The translations under genes were made by a program, and so were the position numbers. Shown one piece after another: positions 9,739 to 19,300 of a stretch of 64,000 bases of DNA (position 1 is its first letter; each line of letters starts with the position of its first letter). The notes beneath the pieces are model-generated. The model worked only from the letters and a program-made list of their open reading frames with translations. It was not told where the DNA came from and made no database searches. This stretch comes from an uncultured Eubacteriales bacterium (GTDB taxonomy: Bacteria; Bacillota; Clostridia; Christensenellales; UBA1242): assembly GCA_900551855.1 (NCBI GenBank), contig URXM01000003.1:11895-75894 (forward strand), in the 5' to 3' direction.

Positions 9739-12333
9739 ATGGAAAAAACTTATCAACCACAGAATTTTGAGAAAAGAATTTATCAAGAATGGTTAGACAA
9801 TAAATATTTTTCAGCTAAACCAAACAAAAACAAAAAGAAGTTTAGCATTTGTATGCCACCACCAAATGTTACCGGAAAGGCACATGTTGGACACGCTTTA
9901 AACAACACCATTCAAGATATTGTTGTAAGATATAAAAGAATGCAAGGGTTTGAAACTCTTTGGACTCCAGGAACAGACCACGCTGCCATTGCAACAGAAG
10001 CAAAGGTTGTTGCTTCTCTTGAAAAAGAGGGGACTTCAAAAGAAGAACTTGGCAGAGAGAAGTTTATTGAAAGAGGTTGGCAATGGTATAAACTTTATGG
10101 AAACACCATTCAAGACCAACTTAAAATGATTGGTATTTCTTGCGACTGGGACAGATGTGCTTTTACAATGGATGAAAACCTTAATCGTGCTGTTAGACAC
10201 GCATTTGTTGAATATTACAAAAAAGGCTATATCTACAAAGGCAAGAGAGTAATCAATTATTGTCCACATTGCAAGAGTTCTATTTCTGATATTGAAAATG
10301 AATATAAAGAACAAAACACAAAACTTTGGCACATTATGTATCCTTTTGAACAGGGTAATGGTGGAATAATTGTTGCTACAACAAGACCAGAAACTATGTT
10401 TGGTGATACTGCTGTTGCTGTAAACCCAAATGATAAGAGATACAAAAATGTTATAGGCAAAAATGTTATTCTTCCTATTGTAAATCGTCCAATCCCTATT
10501 GTTGCTGATGAATATTGCGAAATGGATTTTGGAACAGGCGCTGTAAAAATTACACCTGCACACGATCCAAATGACTACGATTTGGGACTTAGACACAATC
10601 TTGAAATGATCACTGTCATTGATGATGATGGCAAACTCAACGAAAATGCTGGTAAGTTTGCCGGAATGGACAGAATTGAAGCAAGAAAGCCTATTGAAGA
10701 AGAACTTAAAAAACTTGGCGTGCTTGTTAAAGTTGAAAACTACAAAAACAAAGTTGGATGTTGTTGTCGTTGCGGAAGCATGACAGAACCAAAAGTTTCT
10801 GAACAATGGTGGGTTAAGATGTCAGAACTTGCAAAACCTGCTATTGAAGCTGTAAGAAATGGAAGCTTGAAGTTTATTCCAAAACGCTACGAAAAACAAT
10901 ATCTCAACTGGCTTACAAACATACAAGATTGGTGTATTTCAAGACAGTTGTGGCTTGGACACAGAATCCCAGTTTTCACTTGTGAAGATTGTGGTTGGAC
11001 AGATGCTTGCGAGGAAGATGTTTCTGTTTGTCCAAAATGCGGAAGCAAAAAGATTTCTCAAGATCCAGATGTTTTGGATACTTGGTTTAGTTCTGCTCTT
11101 TGGCCATTCTCAACACTTGGCTGGCCTCTTAAAACACCAGAATATAAATATTTCTACCCAACAGATGCTTTGATAACTGCTTATGATATCATAACTTTCT
11201 GGGTTGTTAGAATGGTATTTAGTGGCTTGTTCTTTACAAAACAACTTCCATTTAAAGAAGTTGTAATCAATGGTATTGTTCGTGATATTCAAGGGCGTAA
11301 GATGTCCAAGAACCTTGGAAATGGAATAGATCCAATTGATGTAATCAACGAACATGGTGCAGACAGTTTGAGACTTTCTCTTGTAAACGGAACATCAATG
11401 GGTATGGATATTGGATACAGCATTGACAAAGCAAAAGAAAGCAAAATCTTTATAAACAAACTTTACAATGCAAGCAAGTTTGTTATTGCAAACACTGAAA
11501 AAATGAAAGTTAGACCATTGTCTGAATTTAAACTTGATGACAAAGACAAATGGATCTTATCTAAACTTCAAGCACTTATCAAGTCTACAACAAAGAACCT
11601 TGACAAATATGCTCTCGGCGTTGCTTCTGCAAACCTTATTGAGTTTACTGTTGGAGTGTTCTGCGATTGGTATATTGAAGTAAGCAAGCTTGACTTATAT
11701 GGAGAAAACGAAGAAAACAAAGAGAAAACACAAAATGTTTTGCTTTATGTTTTGACACAACTTTTGAAGTTGTTCCATCCATTTATTCCTTTCGTTACTG
11801 AAGAAATATATCAAAACTTGCCAAAACACGAAAAAACTATTATGCTTTCTAAATTCCCACAATTTGATGAAAAGTTGGCATTCAAAGATTTGAAATTTGA
11901 AAGCATTATAAATGTTGTTAAGGCAATTAGAGCAACAAGAAGTCAATATCAAATCCCTGACAATAAGAAAATTTCAATAAACATTTTGCCTGTAAGCGAA
12001 AATAAATTGATCAAAAACAATTTGCACATAATAAGCAAACTTGCAGGTGGCAGTCAAATTCAAATCGTAAAAACTGCTCCAGAACAAAAATGTGCAGAAA
12101 TTGTGACAACCATTTGCACGGTTTATTTGCCTATGGGTGATTTGGTTGACGAAGCTCAAGAACAAGAAAAACTTGAAAAGAAAATTGAAGAACTTAAGTT
12201 TGAAATTGCTAGAAGTGAAAAAATGTTGTCAAATCCTGGATTTATGGCAAAAGCCCCAGCAAAATTGATTGAAGCAGAAAAAGAAAAGTTAGAAAAAAAC
12301 AAAGAATTCTTGCAACAAATTTTGCAAAAATAG
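9739..12333 (+). CDS. valS: valine--tRNA ligase
   Basis: HIGH-type motif GKAHVGHALN and KMSK motif RKMSKNLGN. Contains TTRPETMFGDTAVAVNP and a C-terminal coiled coil. 864 aa. Confidence 0.95.
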   Translation: MEKTYQPQNFEKRIYQEWLDNKYFSAKPNKNKKKFSICMPPPNVTGKAHVGHALNNTIQDIVVRYKRMQGFETLWTPGTDHAAIATEAKVVASLEKEGTSKEELGREKFIERGWQWYKLYGNTIQDQLKMIGISCDWDRCAFTMDENLNRAVRHAFVEYYKKGYIYKGKRVINYCPHCKSSISDIENEYKEQNTKLWHIMYPFEQGNGGIIVATTRPETMFGDTAVAVNPNDKRYKNVIGKNVILPIVNRPIPIVADEYCEMDFGTGAVKITPAHDPNDYDLGLRHNLEMITVIDDDGKLNENAGKFAGMDRIEARKPIEEELKKLGVLVKVENYKNKVGCCCRCGSMTEPKVSEQWWVKMSELAKPAIEAVRNGSLKFIPKRYEKQYLNWLTNIQDWCISRQLWLGHRIPVFTCEDCGWTDACEEDVSVCPKCGSKKISQDPDVLDTWFSSALWPFSTLGWPLKTPEYKYFYPTDALITAYDIITFWVVRMVFSGLFFTKQLPFKEVVINGIVRDIQGRKMSKNLGNGIDPIDVINEHGADSLRLSLVNGTSMGMDIGYSIDKAKESKIFINKLYNASKFVIANTEKMKVRPLSEFKLDDKDKWILSKLQALIKSTTKNLDKYALGVASANLIEFTVGVFCDWYIEVSKLDLYGENEENKEKTQNVLLYVLTQLLKLFHPFIPFVTEEIYQNLPKHEKTIMLSKFPQFDEKLAFKDLKFESIINVVKAIRATRSQYQIPDNKKISINILPVSENKLIKNNLHIISKLAGGSQIQIVKTAPEQKCAEIVTTICTVYLPMGDLVDEAQEQEKLEKKIEELKFEIARSEKMLSNPGFMAKAPAKLIEAEKEKLEKNKEFLQQILQK

Positions 12334-12410
12334 CAAATAATAAAAAAGAGTATTGAAAATTTATAATTTATGTGCTATAATAAGAATATATGGGGAGGAG
12401 AATAATCTAT

Positions 12411-12896
12411 ATGACATTAGAGACCAGAATTGCTATTCAACTTCATGAAGATTGGAGAAGTTTTAAGAAAAATTCTGATGGTACATTTGAATCCGTATGG
12501 CATAAAGTAAAAACAGAAGATAGAAATTTTCTTGACAACTTAGATTTTTCAAATTTACCAGCGACTGTTAGGGTGGTAAATGGTGAAGTCGAAATTGACA
12601 TGGCAAACTTGGAGTTTGCTAATTTAAGTACAGACCTACAGAAAGAATATTATGAGTCTGCAAAAGTAATTGCTGATGTTTTAAGAAAAAAAGATGAGCT
12701 TACTTTGGATCAAATAGGCGAGATAATATATAATGCATCTTTGACAAGACAAACTTTAAAAAGAAAAGCAAAAACTTTTGAAGAATTGTCTGCAAAGAAA
12801 CAAAAACAAATTTTGAGAGAATATAGAGTAGGTTTGGAAGTTTTAAACGAGACAAAAATCAATGAAAAATCTCAAGAAATGACTATGACTTTATAA
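12411..12896 (+). CDS. hypothetical protein, possible RyR-like domain
   Basis: IAIQLHEDWRSFKK ... FANLSTDLQKEYYESAKVIADVL loosely resembles the bacterial RyR domain pattern (HE.W ... L.eeeKe.dr). ATG at 12411 follows a GGGGAGGAG RBS. Confidence 0.3.
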   Translation: MTLETRIAIQLHEDWRSFKKNSDGTFESVWHKVKTEDRNFLDNLDFSNLPATVRVVNGEVEIDMANLEFANLSTDLQKEYYESAKVIADVLRKKDELTLDQIGEIIYNASLTRQTLKRKAKTFEELSAKKQKQILREYRVGLEVLNETKINEKSQEMTMTL

Positions 12897-12923
12897 AAAA
12901 ACGGCATTATAGCCGTTTTTTTG
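12895..12923 (+). terminator. rho-independent terminator
   Basis: Hairpin ACGGC-attata-GCCGT followed by TTTTTTT. Confidence 0.6.
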
Positions 12924-12995
12924 TTGTTATCAGAATATTTTGTGGTATTTTGATTTTTCAAAGCCAAAGATTTGTTTGTTGACAATATTTATAAA

Positions 12996-13029
12996 ATAAA
13001 AAAACTTGATCTATAAATCAAGTCTTTTT
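12996..13029 (-). terminator. terminator immediately downstream of the tRNA (bidirectional hairpin)
   Basis: Hairpin ACTTGAT-ctataa-ATCAAGT flanked by an A-run and a T-run. It abuts the tRNA 3' end. Confidence 0.6.
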
Positions 13030-13111
13030 TGGTGCGGATGGGGAGGGTCGAACTCCCACGGTTTCCCACTTGCCCCTTAAACAAGCGCGTCTGCCATTCC
13101 GCCACATCCGC
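13030..13111 (-). tRNA. tRNA-Leu, class II, anticodon AAG (A34), CCA encoded
   Basis: The reverse complement is GCGGATGTGGCGGAATGGCAGACGCGCTTGTTTAAGGGGCAAGTGGGAAACCGTGGGAGTTCGACCCTCCCCATCCGCACCA. Acceptor stem 7 bp. D arm resembles E. coli tRNA-Leu. Anticodon stem CTTGT/GCAAG with loop TTAAGGG. Variable arm 11 nt. T arm GGGAG/CTCCC with loop TTCGACC. Confidence 0.85.
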
Positions 13112-13157
13112 AAATTTTACAAACAATGATAACTCACAAAGTCAGTTAACACGACAT

Positions 13158-13186
13158 ATTATATATGATAAATCTTTCAATGTCAA
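13158..13186 (-). promoter_or_regulatory. sigma-A type promoter for the tRNA gene
   Basis: On the minus strand: TTGACA, a 17-nt spacer, then TATAAT, about 45 nt upstream of the tRNA 5' end. Confidence 0.55.
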
Positions 13187-13291
13187 CCAAATTGACAAAA
13201 TTTCTTTTACTTTTCTCTCTTCTAGCTTTTGTTTTCAATTTTAATATCAAAATTCTGTTTCTTTTAATAATATGTAATGAAAGGAGATGGA

Positions 13292-13735
13292 ATGGATATA
13301 GAAATTACAGAAGCAAAACGAGAAGACAAAGATTTTATTGTTTTGGCTAATAAAGAAATAGATAAAGCGTCTTTTATTGAATCATCAAAGCTTGCAGAAA
13401 ATATTGATAAAGATATTTTTGAAGATAAATTGGCTGTTTGTTTGATTGCAAAAGACAGAGAAAAATCAATAGGAATGGTTTTATTTTCAAAAGTGTATTG
13501 GGCAGACAGAGGCGAGGGGATTTATGTCTCACAAGCTTATGTTGCTCCTGAATATAGAAAAAGCGGAGTTTTTAAACTTTTGATAAACAAAACTTTAAAT
13601 TATTACAATGATACAAAATTTCTTACTTGCCTTGTTGCAAAAGAGAATTTTTCTATGGTAAATTGTATGAAAGCAATGAAATTTGAAGATGAAAATATGA
13701 TTTCTTATGCAAAAAATAAAAGCGATTTTGATTGA
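13292..13735 (+). CDS. GNAT family N-acetyltransferase
   Basis: Acetyl-CoA binding style segment VAPEYRKSGVFKLLINKTL (Q/RxxGxG/A-like). Size about 147 aa. ATG at 13292 follows an AAAGGAG RBS. Confidence 0.6.
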   Translation: MDIEITEAKREDKDFIVLANKEIDKASFIESSKLAENIDKDIFEDKLAVCLIAKDREKSIGMVLFSKVYWADRGEGIYVSQAYVAPEYRKSGVFKLLINKTLNYYNDTKFLTCLVAKENFSMVNCMKAMKFEDENMISYAKNKSDFD

Positions 13736-13834
13736 ATAAACGACAACAAAAACTTTTATTGTTTAAATATCATTATATAATATCAATACTGTAATATTGT
13801 TGATTTTTTTTGATTATAGTGATATACTAACTAC

Positions 13835-16800
13835 ATGGTAAAAATAAAGAAAATGCATAAAAAGTATTCGATTATTTTGACTGTTTTGGTCATGGCTTTT
13901 TGTGTGTTTTCTTTTTTGTTGTCATTTGTGAATATTACTTTTGCATCATCAAACGATGATGACTTTCAAGCGTTTAACAGTGCATTCACTCAAATGTTGA
14001 AAGATTATGACACTTTGTCTGATACTGAGACATATGTGTTGAGTGAAGATGAATATAAAATTGAAGATAAAGAAATTTACTTAAAAACAGAGGCAGTTGA
14101 AAATTGTAATTTGACAATAGATGATGAAAACGAAGAGGTTGATGAAGATTATTGCTCTGTGAAAATTCTTGAAAATGACAATTCAATTTCTGTTTCTATG
14201 CAGGAAGATGACAGCATTACTTTAGAAAAATATTCCGACATAAATCGTTTGATTGTCTATTCTTGGGATGATTTGAACAGTTGTGGTGCTGTTGCAAAGG
14301 CAGAATACAATCAATATCATATTTTTCAATATGATGACAAAGAAAGCACAGATTTGGCATACGATTATTATTCCAATTTGAGTGGGGTCACAGATGTTTT
14401 TTATGATAGTGTAATCTCAGCAGAATCTAGCATCGGGACAAATACTACATATTCATACAAATCATGGGGTGCATCTTATGTTGGATATGCAGATTATACA
14501 AATACTATGCTTGAGATGTATGGTCAGGATGAATTGCAAGAAGTTATTGTTGCTGTTCTTGATAGCGGAATTTACAAAGATCACGAACTTTTTCAAGACA
14601 GAATTTTGACAGAATATGCCACAAGTTATATAACTGATGTAGGGACAACATATAATTATCAAGATAAAAATGGTCATGGTACGCATGTTAGTGGGACCAT
14701 TGCAGAGGCGACTCTTTCTAATGTTAAGATAATTCCAGTCAAGATATTAAATGCAGAAGGTAAAGGTTATGTTTCTGGAATTGTTGCTGGCGTAAATTAT
14801 GTTATCCAACTTAAAAATAGTAAAAATTTAAACATAAAAGTTATGAATATGAGTGTCGGTGTTGAAGGGTCTTCGACAAGCAATTCTAAACTTACAACAG
14901 TTGTTCAAAATGCTTATAATGATGGAATAGCTTCAGTTGTTTCAGCTGGAAATGGTGATGAAGATACAGGAATTAGAATTGATGTTGCAAATGCTTGCCC
15001 TGCAAATGTTAGAGAAGCAATTACTGTTGCTGCTTTGGTGAGGGTTAAGTCGTTCCCAACAGGGTACACTCTGAGCGTCGATACTTACAGCAATTATGGC
15101 GAATATATTGATTTTGCTGCTCCAGGGACATCGATTACCAGTGCAGGAATTTCTTCACCTACATCTTATGTGACTATGTCGGGGACTTCAATGGCTGCTC
15201 CACATGTGACAGCGTGTGTTGCACTTATTTACTCAAATCCTGGTTTTGCTGATTATTCTATTGATGAAATGTATGATGTACTGAAAGACAATGCTGTTGA
15301 TTTGGGTGATGTTGGTTGGGATCAAGATTATGGTTACGGAATGGTTAACATTGCTGATGTTGGAGTTCAAACCAGTGGTTATGTTGAGTTTAGCTCTCAA
15401 GAAAAATTCCCAACATCTTCAATTTCTCTTTCTTTGTCTTATGATTATGATGGCGAAGGAACATTAAAAATTTATTACTCAACTGATGACTTTACTGATG
15501 TTGTGGATTCTTCAGATTCTTTATATTCAAATCCAATTTCTATCTCCGAAACAACAAAAGTTACGGCAATTGCTTACATTTATAATTCAAACAATCGTAT
15601 TGTTCAAAGAAGTAATGTCACAACTTTCACATATTATTATGACAACATGGATCTTCTTAGCAATTATGAATATGAATTATATTATAATGGTGCAATTATC
15701 ACAAAATATAGTGGTGAATTGACTACTTTAAATGTTCCTGAAACAATAAATGGCAGAAGAGTTATTGGTATTGATCAATTCGCTTTCAAATACGCAAATG
15801 TTGAAATATTAAATCTTCCAAGTTCGGTTTATATGTTTTATGATTCAGCATTTTATGGTTGCACATCTTTGAAAGAAATACACTGCGACAGTGATTATTT
15901 GATTCAAATTGGGGATTATGCTTTTAGAGATTGTTCAAATCTTTCTGTTTTTGATGTTTCAGACATTCAAACAATTGGAGACTATGCTTTTGCATCATGT
16001 TCTTCATTGACAAGTTTGGAACTTCCTTATGTAAGAACAATAGGTGCACATGCATTCACAAAAACTGGAATAGAAGAGATGTTGATTGGCTCTGATATTC
16101 AATCTTTTTCACAGAGTCAAACTGACTTAAAAATGACTCATATATATGGTTATTCGGGCACTGCTGCAGAAACTTTTGCACTCAATAATAATATTGAATT
16201 TACTGATTTGAATCTTAGAATTGAAAAAAACTTTTCAAACAAAATTATGATGCAACAAAATTCAAGTATTGATGTGACATTGTCTTATATTGGTCTTGAT
16301 GTGACAAACAAAATTTCGTTTAGTGGTCAAAGTAGTAAGATATCATCTGTCGAAGAAAAAGTTTCTACTTTCCAAACCGATTTAAATATTACAATCTCAA
16401 ATCTTAGTGTTGGGGAATATACATTGTATGTCACTCTTACTGACAGCCTCTCTAATTCATTAAAAACAAACACATTGTATATTGAAGTTGTGAGTGACTC
16501 AGCAGAAACATATAAGTTAAACTTTGAAAGTGGCGATTTTTATGTATATTTAAACGATGAGATTGCCGAGCCAAATACAACTTTGTTCGCAGATTTTGAA
16601 TATACTATCACTGTTTTGGCTCATGAAGGGTTTGATATTAAAAAGATTGTAATAAATGGCGAAGAAAAAAGCATAAATCAATCCATAACTATGACTATAG
16701 ATTCTGATTTGAATCTTTATGTTGAAACAATTGAAAAAAACAAGTTGTCAGTTTCATTCAACACTGGCACTCATGGAAATATTATCGTTGAAAATCAGGT

Positions 16801-17335
16801 TGTAAGCAACACTGTTGTTTCAAGAAATGATGAAATTGTCTTTTCTATTGAACCAAAGGAAGGATACAAGATACAAAGGGTTGTTGCCAATGGTAGTTTA
16901 CTTTTGGCAGATGAAAATGGATTGTATCATTTGGATGATATTGTTTCTGATATAAATGTTGAAGTGACTTTTGAAGAAGCATATTATACAGTTGTTGTAT
17001 CTCTTGGTAAAGGTGGTAGTATGTCAAGTTCTGGGGGTGATATTGATAATGTGGCTCATGGCAGTAGCAGAACATTTATAATTACTCCAAGTGAAGGATA
17101 CAACATTGATTTTGTATCGGTAAACGGCGAAACTATTTCGCTTTCAAACAACAAATTCACTTTGGATAACATCAGTGAAAATTATGATATTGTAGTATCT
17201 TTCAAAAAGATTGGTTCTGCACTTTCTAACGGTTCTGTTGTTCTGACATACTTTTTGATTATTTTGGCAATTTTTATCGTCTTTGTTGTTGCTAAAATAA
17301 CTTTATATTATATTAGAAAAGAAAGAAATAGATAA
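13835..17335 (+). CDS. S8 subtilisin-family serine protease fused to BspA-type leucine-rich repeats and Ig-like repeats, C-terminal TM anchor
   Basis: Catalytic triad motifs VAVLDSGI (Asp), NGHGTHVSGT (His) and SGTSMAAPHV (Ser). LRR_5-like repeats (IGDYAFRDCSNLSVFDVSDIQTIGDYAFASCSSLTSLELP). N-terminal signal/TM and C-terminal TM VVLTYFLIILAIFIVFVVA. Confidence 0.85.
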   Translation: MVKIKKMHKKYSIILTVLVMAFCVFSFLLSFVNITFASSNDDDFQAFNSAFTQMLKDYDTLSDTETYVLSEDEYKIEDKEIYLKTEAVENCNLTIDDENEEVDEDYCSVKILENDNSISVSMQEDDSITLEKYSDINRLIVYSWDDLNSCGAVAKAEYNQYHIFQYDDKESTDLAYDYYSNLSGVTDVFYDSVISAESSIGTNTTYSYKSWGASYVGYADYTNTMLEMYGQDELQEVIVAVLDSGIYKDHELFQDRILTEYATSYITDVGTTYNYQDKNGHGTHVSGTIAEATLSNVKIIPVKILNAEGKGYVSGIVAGVNYVIQLKNSKNLNIKVMNMSVGVEGSSTSNSKLTTVVQNAYNDGIASVVSAGNGDEDTGIRIDVANACPANVREAITVAALVRVKSFPTGYTLSVDTYSNYGEYIDFAAPGTSITSAGISSPTSYVTMSGTSMAAPHVTACVALIYSNPGFADYSIDEMYDVLKDNAVDLGDVGWDQDYGYGMVNIADVGVQTSGYVEFSSQEKFPTSSISLSLSYDYDGEGTLKIYYSTDDFTDVVDSSDSLYSNPISISETTKVTAIAYIYNSNNRIVQRSNVTTFTYYYDNMDLLSNYEYELYYNGAIITKYSGELTTLNVPETINGRRVIGIDQFAFKYANVEILNLPSSVYMFYDSAFYGCTSLKEIHCDSDYLIQIGDYAFRDCSNLSVFDVSDIQTIGDYAFASCSSLTSLELPYVRTIGAHAFTKTGIEEMLIGSDIQSFSQSQTDLKMTHIYGYSGTAAETFALNNNIEFTDLNLRIEKNFSNKIMMQQNSSIDVTLSYIGLDVTNKISFSGQSSKISSVEEKVSTFQTDLNITISNLSVGEYTLYVTLTDSLSNSLKTNTLYIEVVSDSAETYKLNFESGDFYVYLNDEIAEPNTTLFADFEYTITVLAHEGFDIKKIVINGEEKSINQSITMTIDSDLNLYVETIEKNKLSVSFNTGTHGNIIVENQVVSNTVVSRNDEIVFSIEPKEGYKIQRVVANGSLLLADENGLYHLDDIVSDINVEVTFEEAYYTVVVSLGKGGSMSSSGGDIDNVAHGSSRTFIITPSEGYNIDFVSVNGETISLSNNKFTLDNISENYDIVVSFKKIGSALSNGSVVLTYFLIILAIFIVFVVAKITLYYIRKERNR

Positions 17336-17427
17336 TTTAAATTTATTGTTTTTCAAATTTTAGTATTTTACATTTGTTATTTGCATTAATGTATGATATA
17401 ATATTACTATTATTAAGGAGGTGTATT

Positions 17428-18006
17428 ATGCCAGTTTGGGGTTGGGTATTGATCGGAATTGGTGCAGCTGTTGTTTTGCTCGCTGTGATTGCTATCGCTT
17501 GGGTTATCGCTGTTTACAATTCATTGATTAGACTTAGAAACAATGCGGAAGAAGGTTATTCTACAATGGATGTTTATATGAAAAAGAGATATGACCTTAT
17601 TCCAAATCTTGTAGAAACTGTAAAAGGTTATGCAAAACACGAAGAAAAAACTTTGGAAGGAGTTATGCAGGCAAGATACGCTTGTATGTCTGCAAATGAT
17701 CCAGAACAAAAAGCAAAAAGCGAAAATATGTTGGCAGGAACATTGAAAAGTTTGTTTGCTGTTTCTGAAAATTATCCAGATTTGAAAGCAAATCAAAACT
17801 TTATTGATTTGCAAAATAACTTAAACAATCTTGAAGCTGAAATTGCAAATTCAAGAAAATATTACAATGGTTGTGTAAAAATTTTAAACAACAAAATTGA
17901 AATGTTTCCTTCAAATTTGGTTGCTAGACATTTTAAGTTTGAAAAGAAAGTTTTGTTTGAAATTGAAAATAAGGAAGAAAGATCTGCTCCAAAAGTTCAA
18001 TTTTAG
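17428..18006 (+). CDS. lemA: LemA family membrane protein
   Basis: N-terminal TM segment, then YNSLIRLRNNAEEGYSTMDVYMKKRYDLIPNLVETVKGYAKHE and ENYPDLKANQNF, which are typical LemA motifs. ATG at 17428 follows an AAGGAGG RBS. Confidence 0.85.
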   Translation: MPVWGWVLIGIGAAVVLLAVIAIAWVIAVYNSLIRLRNNAEEGYSTMDVYMKKRYDLIPNLVETVKGYAKHEEKTLEGVMQARYACMSANDPEQKAKSENMLAGTLKSLFAVSENYPDLKANQNFIDLQNNLNNLEAEIANSRKYYNGCVKILNNKIEMFPSNLVARHFKFEKKVLFEIENKEERSAPKVQF

Positions 18007-18018
18007 TTGAGTTTGCTT

Positions 18019-19269
18019 ATGAAAAACGCACTGCTTAAATCTTTTTTGTTTTTAGTTATTTTTTGCAATATTGCCTTTTTTGGTTATATTGCCGATATCG
18101 TTTTAAGTGTAAAGGCTCTTGTTTTAGAGCTTTTACACTTTGATATTTTTATTGTCATTTTTGCAATTCTTCTTATTGCTGTTCTTGTTTCATTTCTTGT
18201 ATATTTCTTTAAGCATTTAGACAAAAAACAGGTTGTGCCTACTGTTGAATTTAAAAGCCCAGACAATATGAATCCTGCAGAAGTCGGCTTTTTGATAGAT
18301 GGCGTTGTAGATGGTGAAGATATTTCTGCCATGATAGTTTATTGGGCAGGCAAGAAATATTTAAGCATATCAAATGATAAGAAAAATCAGAAATTGACAA
18401 AATTGGTGGATAAACTTCCAGACGAATCAAAAAATTATGAAAAAATTTTGTTCGATAAGATTTTTGGGACTGACAAAGAAGTTCTTGTAAAAAACATTCC
18501 TCAAAGGCTTGAGGCAAACCAAACTGTAACAAATGTAGTTAATCTTATTGAACATGACACAGAAAACAAATATTTTGATAAAAAATCAATTACTTACAGA
18601 CAGATGTTTATATGCTTGATAGCAACTCTTTTCTATTTTTCTGTGTTTTATTTCGGTGCTGAGTTATATTATATGTTTGGTGTGTTTGCTGCTGTTTCTA
18701 CTGTGCTTTTTATTATTTGTGCAGACTGGGTGCTGAATTATTATGACTACAGACATAAAAACAAAACATTTAGGGGAAGACTGATTTCTTTTATCTTTTT
18801 CCTGATACTTATAGGCGCAATTGCCACAGGGTGTATGGTTTTGTTTATTATGTTTGGACAGTTGTATCAAGCATTTGTCTTGCTTGCTGTTTGTGTTTGT
18901 ATGCTTCTTATTGTTATGCTTTCTAGAAAAATTAGGATTTACAATAAAAATGGTTTTGAAAAACTCGGAGAAATTATCGGTTTTAGAGAATTTATCAAAA
19001 CGGCAGAATCTGACAGAATTAAAATGCTTGTTGAAGAAAATCCAAACATATATTATGATGTTTTGCCTTATGCCTATGTTTTGGGAGTAAGTGACAAATG
19101 GATAAAAAATCTTAATGTCATACAAAACGACTGCCCAAATATTGTGGACAAGAAAATGCTGTCTGCCATTATTGTTTATTCGATTTTATTGTCAACCACA
19201 AGTTTGGGGATTTTCAACATATTAAGTGTAGCTGGAAGTGGAATAAAATCATTGTTTTCAAAAAAATAA
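18019..19269 (+). CDS. DUF2207-like polytopic membrane protein (short form, lacks the usual N-terminal extracellular domain)
   Basis: It is the usual partner gene immediately downstream of lemA. The segment SPDNMNPAEVGFLIDGVVDGEDISAMIVYWAGKKYLSI matches the conserved DUF2207 core. Several TM helices are present. Confidence 0.55.
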   Translation: MKNALLKSFLFLVIFCNIAFFGYIADIVLSVKALVLELLHFDIFIVIFAILLIAVLVSFLVYFFKHLDKKQVVPTVEFKSPDNMNPAEVGFLIDGVVDGEDISAMIVYWAGKKYLSISNDKKNQKLTKLVDKLPDESKNYEKILFDKIFGTDKEVLVKNIPQRLEANQTVTNVVNLIEHDTENKYFDKKSITYRQMFICLIATLFYFSVFYFGAELYYMFGVFAAVSTVLFIICADWVLNYYDYRHKNKTFRGRLISFIFFLILIGAIATGCMVLFIMFGQLYQAFVLLAVCVCMLLIVMLSRKIRIYNKNGFEKLGEIIGFREFIKTAESDRIKMLVEENPNIYYDVLPYAYVLGVSDKWIKNLNVIQNDCPNIVDKKMLSAIIVYSILLSTTSLGIFNILSVAGSGIKSLFSKK

Positions 19270-19298
19270 AGTTCGACTATGATTGCCGAACTTTTTTC
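19270..19298. terminator. bidirectional terminator between convergent genes
   Basis: Hairpin AGTTCG...CGAACT followed by a T-run. Confidence 0.5.
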
Positions 19299-19300
19299 TT

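Noticed and set aside
10036-10806. 256-aa minus-strand ORF inside valS.
   Set aside because: It is antisense to a conserved synthetase gene and shows no RBS or recognisable motifs. It is a codon-bias artefact.
13029-13244. 71-aa plus-strand ORF (MVRMGRVELPRF...).
   Set aside because: It overlaps the tRNA-Leu gene on the opposite strand. The open frame is a by-product of the GC-rich tRNA sequence.
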